From a virus (Duplodnaviria > Heunggongvirae > Uroviricota > Caudoviricetes), in IMG/VR virus record IMGVR_UViG_2693429584_000015: DNA of 4,474 bases; one strand, given 5' to 3'. Numbering within the stretch: the stretch's first letter is position 1; each line of letters starts with the position of its first letter. A model generated the notes under the pieces. The model did not search any database. It worked only from the letters and a program-made list of their open reading frames with translations, and was not told the DNA's origin. The position numbers and the translations under genes were made by a program. Positions 1-4,474 of the stretch are shown piece after piece.

Positions 1-31
1 GTCGTATATCGGTGGGGGTAAATCCGGAAAT

Positions 32-430
32 ATGTTTAACCGGTTACTGGTTTCGAAAAAGCTGACGAAAACAGCAGTTAATGAGGTTTTACGCAGCATG
101 AAGAAATCCGGGCTGGAAAAACCGGAACTTGAGGCATTTTTTCGGGATATGACCAGAGGGAAGCAGAAGAGCTGGTTGTCACATTGTACAGACACAGAGG
201 CGTTGATTATTGATCGCGTTATCAGTGAGGTGCTTGGGGAATATCCCGGGCTAATCAATATTCTCCGGCAAAGGTACGAAGGACGGGGAATGAGTAAGAG
301 AAAAATGGCAGAATGTTTAAATCGTACTCACCCGGAATGGTGTTTCAGCACATGTGAGAAACGTATTGCAGGTTGGTTAGCCGTGGCTGAACACATGCTT
401 TATGTACCTATGCACGATTCATTTCGATAA
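32..430 (+). CDS. Q-like late-gene antiterminator (tentative); possibly 5'-truncated by the window edge
   Basis: ORF with ATG at 32 and TAA at 428-430, but the frame is open back to base 2 with no in-frame stop, so the true start may lie upstream. The central and C-terminal regions (CTDTEALIIDRV ... GMSKRKMAECL ... EKRIAGWLAVAEHML) resemble, from memory, the Cys-rich core of QuuD-type Q proteins. Position fits: directly upstream of a hairpin/terminator interval and of cargo plus nanS-p-like gene. Family assignment not search-verified. Confidence 0.55.
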   Translation: MFNRLLVSKKLTKTAVNEVLRSMKKSGLEKPELEAFFRDMTRGKQKSWLSHCTDTEALIIDRVISEVLGEYPGLINILRQRYEGRGMSKRKMAECLNRTHPEWCFSTCEKRIAGWLAVAEHMLYVPMHDSFR

Positions 431-526
431 AAAAAGCTTGCTTTTTTACGCAGAAACAGCTTGAATTCCTGTAAGCTTCGCAAAGCTGTATCGCGAGGCG
501 AAATGCAAGTTTTTTCGCACAAGGAA
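431..526 (+). promoter_or_regulatory. Candidate late-promoter / qut-like leader between Q-like gene and first terminator
   Basis: AT-rich interval with four AGCT(T/G) repeats (435-439, 458-462, 474-478, 484-488), an AT hairpin (431-448) and a 6-bp stem gcgaaa/tttcgc (498-518). No clean sigma70 -35/-10 pair could be fixed by eye. Role inferred by analogy to lambda PR'-qut-tR' organisation. Confidence 0.3.
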
Positions 527-548
527 GCCACCGGAAGGTGGTTTTTTT
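527..548 (+). terminator. Rho-independent terminator (tR'-like candidate)
   Basis: Stem gccacc (527-532) / ggtgg(t) (537-542) with a GGAA tetraloop, followed by a 7-T run (542-548). Confidence 0.6.
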
Positions 549-671
549 GTGTCCGTAATATACAGCAGCGCAATAAATTCGCTGGTGGTTATTAATACCG
601 TTCTTTCAGCTTGCTGGCTTTTTCGACAAGAGTTATTGGTGTGTCACGTTAACCGGAAAAGGGAAAAAGGC

Positions 672-869
672 ATGCTAAAACAGCAGGATATGACCGAAAC
701 CGCCAGAGTGGTGTTTAATGAATTAAGCGTCACCGAACCGGCGACCGTCGAGGAAATTGCGCAGAACACTTATCTTTCACGCGAACGCTGCCAGTTAATA
801 CTGACCCAGCTTGTTATGGCGGGTCTGGCAGATTATCAGTTCGGTTGTTACAGACGCCTTCCTCAGTGA
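672..869 (+). CDS. Small (65 aa) hypothetical protein, winged-helix-like (FaeA/PapI-like pattern, tentative)
   Basis: ATG at 672 preceded by a purine-rich stretch (aaaagggaaaaagg). Sequence MLKQQDMTETARVVFNELSVTEPATVEEIAQNTYLSRERCQLILTQLVMAGLA... shows a helix-turn-helix-like 'T..EIA ... S..R...L..L...G' pattern. The longer GTG-initiated form from 549 was rejected because it starts inside the upstream terminator T-tract. Stop codon sits inside the downstream terminator hairpin. Confidence 0.45.
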   Translation: MLKQQDMTETARVVFNELSVTEPATVEEIAQNTYLSRERCQLILTQLVMAGLADYQFGCYRRLPQ

Positions 870-879
870 AGGCTTTTTT
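856..879 (+). terminator. Rho-independent terminator
   Basis: Perfect 6-bp stem gccttc (856-861) / gaaggc (868-873), 6-nt loop, then a 6-T run (874-879). Confidence 0.55.
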
Positions 880-1019
880 ATTTGTGGTAATGGGCGGCTG
901 GTGGGTGTTAGCGGCACCTGCCAGCCATCTGCTCATGCGTTGGGGTCACAAGCAAACCTCAGGCCCATCTGCTTTGCGCAAAAGCGGTATGAGCCTATCA
1001 GAGAAGTGCTTATTGATCT

Positions 1020-2081
1020 ATGGCTAATACTGTAAAAATATCCAGTTGTAAGTTAATCAACGCTGATTGCCTGGAATTTATCCAGACCTTACCGGAAAAC
1101 TCTGTCGATCTGATAGTCACAGACCCGCCATACTTTAAAGTGAAGCCCGAGGGCTGGGATAACCAGTGGAAGGGCGACGATGATTACCTGAAGTGGCTGG
1201 ACCAGTGTCTGGCGCAGTTCTGGCGGGTGCTGAAACCTGCCGGAAGTCTTTACCTGTTCTGTGGTCATCGCCTGGCATCTGATATCGAAATCATGATGCG
1301 TGAACGCTTCAGTGTGCTGAACCATATTATCTGGGCGAAGCCGTCCGGACGCTGGAACGGATGCAACAAGGAAAGCCTGCGGGCGTATTTCCCCGCCACA
1401 GAGCGCATTCTGTTCGCGGAACATTATCAGGGGCCGTATCGTCCGAAAGATGCCGGGTATGCGGCGAAGGGCAGTGCACTGAAACAGCATGTGATGGCCC
1501 CGCTGATTTCTTACTTTCGTGATGCGCGTGCTGCTCTGGGGATAACGGCAAAACAGATTGCAGATGCCACAGGAAAGAAAAACATGGTGTCGCACTGGTT
1601 CAGTGCCAGTCAGTGGCAGCTGCCGAACGAAAGCGATTATCTGAAATTACAGGCCCTGTTTGCCCGGGTGGCAGAAGAGAAGCATCAGCGCGGTGAACTG
1701 GAATGGCCACACCACCAGCTGGTCAGCACATACAGTGAACTTAACCGGCAATATGCCAGCCTGCTGGAGGAGTACAAATCTTTGCGGCGTTATTTTTCTG
1801 TATCGGCTGCTGTTCCGTATACGGATGTCTGGATGTATAAGCCTGTACAGTATTATCCGGGCAAACACCCCTGTGAAAAACCGGCAGATATGTTGCGTCA
1901 GATAATAGAGGCCAGCAGTCGTCCGGGTGATTTGGTTGCCGACTTTTTTATGGGGTCAGGTTCCACGATAAAAGCCGCGCTTTCGCTTGGTCGTCGGGCA
2001 ATAGTTGAGCTTGAGGCTGAACGGTTTGAGCAGACGGTGAGCGAGATAAGAGAAATTCTGACGTGTAAAGCTGTTGACTGA
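1020..2081 (+). CDS. DNA methyltransferase, beta-class (N6-adenine or N4-cytosine), orphan (no adjacent restriction endonuclease)
   Basis: 353-aa ORF with an in-frame TGA at 1014-1016 fixing ATG 1020 as the first start. Catalytic motif IV 'DPPY' near the N-terminus (LIVTDPPYF) and AdoMet-binding motif I near the C-terminus (DLVADFFMGSGST); this IV-before-I order defines beta-class amino-MTases. 'HPCEKP' is typical of the class. Weak SD. Confidence 0.9.
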   Translation: MANTVKISSCKLINADCLEFIQTLPENSVDLIVTDPPYFKVKPEGWDNQWKGDDDYLKWLDQCLAQFWRVLKPAGSLYLFCGHRLASDIEIMMRERFSVLNHIIWAKPSGRWNGCNKESLRAYFPATERILFAEHYQGPYRPKDAGYAAKGSALKQHVMAPLISYFRDARAALGITAKQIADATGKKNMVSHWFSASQWQLPNESDYLKLQALFARVAEEKHQRGELEWPHHQLVSTYSELNRQYASLLEEYKSLRRYFSVSAAVPYTDVWMYKPVQYYPGKHPCEKPADMLRQIIEASSRPGDLVADFFMGSGSTIKAALSLGRRAIVELEAERFEQTVSEIREILTCKAVD

Positions 2082-2187
2082 TTAATCAATGCTTATTTTT
2101 TCATAAGTCTTGTTGCAATATATAAGTATGGGGTGTAAAGTTGTTCTCGAAAATAATCATGTTTTCTCACGAATCAGAGGGGGGATA

Positions 2188-2448
2188 ATGATTGAGGTTC
2201 GATGGACAAGGACAGCCCTGAAGCAGTTACTTCGTGTGGATACGCGGTATCGGCAGGCGATAAAGGATAAGGTCGGTGCGCTAAAGGATTTTCCTCTGGT
2301 AGCCATGGATTTTAAAAAGCTATCAGGGAGTGACAATCGATTCCGTTTGAGGGTCGGCGTGTACAGGGTTATTTTTGATGTTGAGGATGGTGATCCTGTT
2401 GTCCTGGATATTAAGGAAATTAAGCGCAGAAGCACAACCACATACTAA
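2188..2448 (+). CDS. Type II toxin, RelE/ParE superfamily (HigB-like gene order)
   Basis: 86-aa ORF; ATG 2188 preceded by a strong SD (gaGGGGGGataATG). N-terminus MIEVRWTRTALKQL and the core FRLRVGVYRVIFDVEDGDPVVLDIKEIKRR match the RelE/ParE fold signature. The upstream TTG extension in the ORF track (2110) was rejected. Followed 60 nt later by an HTH protein. Confidence 0.8.
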   Translation: MIEVRWTRTALKQLLRVDTRYRQAIKDKVGALKDFPLVAMDFKKLSGSDNRFRLRVGVYRVIFDVEDGDPVVLDIKEIKRRSTTTY

Positions 2449-2454
2449 GGGAGG

Positions 2455-2472
2455 CTGGCGGGAGACCGCCAG
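2455..2472 (+). promoter_or_regulatory. Intercistronic hairpin between toxin and antitoxin genes
   Basis: Perfect 7-bp inverted repeat ctggcgg (2455-2461) / ccgccag (2466-2472) with a GAGA loop; only 3 T's follow, so not a classic terminator. Could be an operator palindrome or an mRNA structure tuning antitoxin translation. Confidence 0.4.
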
Positions 2473-2508
2473 TTTGCTGAACGACATTCAATCGCGAAAG
2501 GCAATGAT

Positions 2509-2883
2509 ATGAAAAACAGTGTCCAGTTTATTACTGATAATGCCGGTGTTAGAACCGGGGTCATTATGTCAGTTGCTGAATATGAACGGCTGTTAAGTCT
2601 GGCAGATCCTGATGATGATTTTGAAAGCATCCAGTATGAAGCCGGAGAGCATGACAATGAAACAATACCTCATGAAGTAGTATCCATCATGATTGATGAT
2701 GATGTGTCATTGTTGGCAGCATGGCGGATTTACAGGCGAATGACTCAACAGGAAGTGGCGGAGCGCCTGGGGGTTAAACAGTCAGCCGTATCTCAGTTTG
2801 AGAGAGCAGGAGCTCCGCGAAAATCAACACTGGAAAAACTGGCTGAGATTTACAACTGCCGACCAAATCAGTTGGCTGATTAA
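2509..2883 (+). CDS. Type II antitoxin, two-domain: N-terminal antitoxin-like segment plus C-terminal HTH (XRE-family)
   Basis: 124-aa ORF; ATG 2509 with an upstream aaagg. C-terminal MTQQEVAERLGVKQSAVSQFERAG...STLEKLAEIY is a canonical XRE/Cro-type helix-turn-helix; the N-terminal part (VQFITDNAGVRTGVIMSVAEYERLL) resembles antitoxin N-domains. Acidic linker in between. Toxin-first order as in HigBA-type modules. Confidence 0.75.
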   Translation: MKNSVQFITDNAGVRTGVIMSVAEYERLLSLADPDDDFESIQYEAGEHDNETIPHEVVSIMIDDDVSLLAAWRIYRRMTQQEVAERLGVKQSAVSQFERAGAPRKSTLEKLAEIYNCRPNQLAD

Positions 2884-3028
2884 TCCTGAGTTTGGTTTTC
2901 GTAGCGATTGCATTTTTCTTATCTGCTTGCCGTTGTAGGTAGCGTGTATTTGCATGTTGTTTTGTAGTTAACCTTATGATTGGCTGAATTTTGTTCATCA
3001 ATAAAAAATATCCCTCTCTGATCTTTAA

Positions 3029-3054
3029 GGTTCGCTTTGGCGGACCTTTTTTTT
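3029..3054 (+). terminator. Rho-independent terminator (end of the TA transcript, candidate)
   Basis: Stem ggttcgc (3029-3035) / gcggacc (3040-3046) with one G-U wobble, loop tttg, then an 8-T run (3047-3054). Confidence 0.6.
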
Positions 3055-3190
3055 ATTTCCGCGCCACGCCCGGCGTACATCAAAAACCACAGAGCCTTTC
3101 AGGGGTGAGCTTACGGGATGGTCAGTGTGACTTTCTCTGTGGGCTGGTCACCCCCGGGCGCAGGCTCACCCACTAAAAGGAAAAGTCACG

Positions 3191-3622
3191 ATGTTTGGTA
3201 TTTTCAAAAAGAAAACCCGCAGAGCAGCAACTGAAATTAAAAAGTTTGAGAAACGCGATCTGGCACAGGCGGTTATTAATGCTGCCTACCTGGTGGCCTA
3301 TGCAGATGGTGAATGTGAGACTTCAGAGAAAGCGAAGATCGAACAGGTATTACGTAACCAGCCAGCATTGTCCGCATTTACGTCAGAAATTAATGCCATC
3401 AGTGCCACGATCACAGGTCAGCTTGACACCAATTTTAAAATTGGTCGTCGTGCAGCGTTGCGTGAAATTGAAGATGTGAAACACGATACGCGTGAAGCGG
3501 AAGATGTGCTGGATGTGGCGGTGGCCATTGCTGAAGCAGATGGTGAAATTGAGCCGGAAGAGCGTAAGGTTCTGGAAGAGATTGCTGGTGTTCTTGGCCT
3601 GCGACTGGAGAACCACCTGTGA
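3191..3622 (+). CDS. TerB-like (tellurite-resistance TerB domain family) protein
   Basis: 143-aa ORF; ATG 3191 with SD AGGA 9 nt upstream. Two helical repeats each carrying the 'A.ADG' signature (AAYLVAYADGECETSEKAKIEQVL and VAVAIAEADGEIEPEERKVLEEIAGVLGL) typical of TerB-domain proteins. Assigned by motif pattern, not by search. Confidence 0.7.
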   Translation: MFGIFKKKTRRAATEIKKFEKRDLAQAVINAAYLVAYADGECETSEKAKIEQVLRNQPALSAFTSEINAISATITGQLDTNFKIGRRAALREIEDVKHDTREAEDVLDVAVAIAEADGEIEPEERKVLEEIAGVLGLRLENHL

Positions 3623-3786
3623 CGGTAAAACTGCGTCTGGCCGCTGTGGCACTCCTGCTGTTTCTGGTGGTGATGGTGGATTTCACCAGCAGGATCATGT
3701 CGGTGCTGGCGGATGGAGTGCTGGTGGTCGGTATTGTGGTATTGCTGTGGCCGGTGATAAAAAGAAACAGCCTGCATAATGCTTGA
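3619..3786 (+). CDS. Small hydrophobic protein (55 aa, two predicted TM helices), translationally coupled to the TerB-like gene
   Basis: Absent from the supplied ORF track (under its size cut-off); found by manual translation. GTG 3619 overlaps the TerB TGA stop (3620-3622) in a GTGA arrangement, with GGAG (3607-3610) 8 nt upstream. Translation VTVKLRLAAVALLLFLVVMVDFTSRIMSVLADGVLVVGIVVLLWPVIKRNSLHNA has two hydrophobic segments and a basic C-terminus. CTG/GTG-rich codon use matches neighbouring genes. An internal ATG 3673 start would remove the first helix. Confidence 0.45.
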   Translation: MTVKLRLAAVALLLFLVVMVDFTSRIMSVLADGVLVVGIVVLLWPVIKRNSLHNA

Positions 3787-3951
3787 TTTTTTTGTTTACT
3801 GTTTATTAAAAATACTACTGCATGGTGAATCCCCCTGTGCGGAGGGGCAATCAGCAACCAGGTATATGTGATAATCGCGGATTCAGGTGCTGATACTGAA
3901 TTCACCGGGAGGCACCCGGCACCATGCAAGAAAAAGAATGTGCATGCAAAC

Positions 3952-3978
3952 ATGCCCCTCTCCGGAGGGGCATTTTTT
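3952..3978 (+). terminator. Rho-independent terminator (strong)
   Basis: Perfect 7-bp GC-rich stem gcccctc (3954-3960) / gaggggc (3965-3971), extendable by 2 bp, loop tccg, then a 6-T run (3973-3978). Confidence 0.65.
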
Positions 3979-3983
3979 ATGGG

Positions 3984-4010
3984 TAAAAAATGCCCGAATG
4001 GGTTCGGGCA
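3984..4010 (-). terminator. Rho-independent terminator on the minus strand (convergent with the 3952-3978 terminator)
   Basis: Perfect 8-bp stem tgcccgaa (3991-3998) / ttcgggca (4003-4010), 4-nt loop. The A6 run at 3985-3990 becomes a U-tract only for a minus-strand transcript. No minus-strand gene to the right is visible in the window. Confidence 0.45.
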
Positions 4011-4071
4011 ATAGCATGAGATACTGATATTGTTGTGTTGTTATCGTGTGGATTTTAACCAGGGTTTATCA

Positions 4072-4097
4072 GGCTGCGCAACTGCGTGGCCTTTTTT
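4072..4097 (+). terminator. Terminator-like hairpin plus T-run (weak)
   Basis: Stem ggctgcg (4072-4078) / cgtggcc (4085-4091) with two G-U wobbles, 6-nt loop, then a 6-T run (4092-4097). Confidence 0.35.
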
Positions 4098-4105
4098 CAT
4101 TTCTT

Positions 4106-4150
4106 GGGCTGTAGTCCCCGTGTGTCATTCAGGCTTCCGGACTACAGCCC
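4106..4150. repeat. 12-bp perfect inverted repeat with a 21-nt spacer
   Basis: gggctgtagtcc (4106-4117) and its exact reverse complement ggactacagccc (4139-4150), about 45 bp upstream of the esterase start codon. Confidence 0.6.
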
Positions 4151-4193
4151 ACTCCATATCTGATTTAATACACTATCCCGGCCGGGAGGAATA

Positions 4194-4474
4194 ATGACAT
4201 TTAAACATTATGATGTTGTCAGGGCGGCGTCGCCGTCAGACCTTGCGGAAAAGCTGACACACAAACTGAAAGAGGGCTGGCAGCCGTTTGGTAGTCCGGT
4301 GGCCATAACCCCTTATACCCTGATGCAGGCGATTACAGCAGAAGGTGATGTGGTGGTCAGTGGTGCAACTGAGCCGGAGTGGTACTACGTCATCGTACTG
4401 GCCGGGCAGTCCAATGCCATGGCTTACGGTGAAGGGCTTCCGCTGCCGGATTCATACGATGCTCCGGATCCGCG
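4194..4474 (+). CDS. Prophage esterase, nanS-p-like (sialate O-acetylesterase / SGNH-type); 3'-partial, continues beyond the window
   Basis: ATG 4194 with a strong SD GGGAGG (4184-4189). The N-terminal ~50 aa (MTFKHYDVVRAASPSDLAEKLTHKLKEGWQPFGSP...) resemble the small DUF1737-type domain recalled at the N-terminus of prophage NanS-p esterases, followed by the esterase motif YVIVLAGQSNAMAYGEG. No stop before the window end. Confidence 0.7.
   Translation, partial: MTFKHYDVVRAASPSDLAEKLTHKLKEGWQPFGSPVAITPYTLMQAITAEGDVVVSGATEPEWYYVIVLAGQSNAMAYGEGLPLPDSYDAPDP

Noticed and set aside
549-869. Longer 106-aa form of the small winged-helix ORF starting at GTG 549
   Set aside because: GTG 549 lies inside the T-tract of the 527-548 terminator with no RBS; the internal ATG 672 has a purine-rich upstream stretch and gives a compact HTH-sized protein.
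870-1019. tRNA genes between the terminator and the first large cargo gene, as in Stx phages
   Set aside because: No segment showed a 7-bp acceptor-stem complementarity with a T-arm GTTC motif at tRNA spacing by eye; needs a tRNA scanner to exclude fully.
811-1035. Overlapping 74-aa and 60-aa plus-strand ORFs between the wH ORF and the methyltransferase
   Set aside because: They span the 856-879 terminator hairpin, lack RBSs, overlap each other and the MTase start; likely chance ORFs in a GC-richer spacer.
1089-1595. 168-aa minus-strand ORF (and 1327-1551, 1647-1868, 1898-2089 on minus; 1660-1905 on plus) inside the methyltransferase gene
   Set aside because: Antisense or out-of-frame overlaps of a well-supported CDS, with no RBS and Arg/Pro/His-rich low-complexity translations typical of shadow ORFs.
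2110-2187. N-terminal extension of the toxin ORF from TTG 2110 (or ATG 2128)
   Set aside because: RelE/ParE toxins begin close to the conserved 'I..WT..A' segment, and the strong SD (GAGGGGGG) is placed for ATG 2188.
2157-2657. Minus-strand ORFs 2157-2441 (94 aa) and 2445-2657 (70 aa) opposite the toxin and antitoxin
   Set aside because: Antisense to CDSs with recognisable RelE-like and HTH motifs; Ser/Thr/Arg-rich translations without start context.
2774-3176. 75-aa minus-strand ORF (2774-3001) and 61-aa plus-strand ORF (2991-3176) in the TA-to-TerB intergenic region
   Set aside because: The first is antisense to the antitoxin 3' end; the second runs through the 3029-3054 terminator and has no RBS.
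3492-3779. 95-aa plus-strand ORF overlapping the TerB-like 3' end and the small membrane ORF in another frame
   Set aside because: Out-of-frame overlap with two better-supported reading frames; Trp/Arg/Gly-rich translation with no RBS.
3418-3953. Minus-strand ORFs of 172 aa (3435-3953), 119 aa (3418-3777) and 89 aa (3383-3652) opposite the TerB-like gene and small membrane ORF
   Set aside because: Translations are low-complexity (His/Gln/Ser/Thr/Pro runs), antisense to coding sequence with clear motifs, and the largest would run through two terminator hairpins.
3822-4050. Tiny ORFs in the structured non-coding region (ATG 3822, 23 aa; ATG 3924, 20 aa; ATG 3977, 11 aa)
   Set aside because: No RBS, embedded in terminator hairpins, and too short to distinguish from chance.
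1-4474. Shiga toxin genes, CRISPR array, or IS/transposase
   Set aside because: No AB5 toxin-like ORF pair, no regularly spaced direct repeats, and no transposase-like ORF or terminal inverted repeats flanking a gene were seen.

Overview
All convincing genes are on the + strand, and the layout reads as the late-regulatory region of a lambdoid prophage carrying cargo ('moron') genes. In order: a Q-like antiterminator ORF (32-430, open to the window edge), a short hairpin-rich interval ending in an intrinsic terminator (527-548), a small winged-helix-like ORF (672-869) with its own terminator, a beta-class DNA methyltransferase (1020-2081), a RelE/ParE-type toxin followed by a two-domain HTH antitoxin (2188-2883), a TerB-like protein (3191-3622) whose stop overlaps the start of a 55-aa two-helix hydrophobic ORF (3619-3786), a ~400-bp structured non-coding region with convergent terminators and a 12-bp perfect inverted repeat, and the 5' end of a nanS-p-like esterase (4194 to window end). 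No stx genes, tRNAs, CRISPR array or transposase were seen. The most interesting candidate is the TerB-like plus overlapping small membrane ORF pair, sitting beside a toxin-antitoxin module and an orphan methyltransferase in the slot where Stx phages carry stx. All family assignments come from reading motifs by eye and from memory; none is search-verified.
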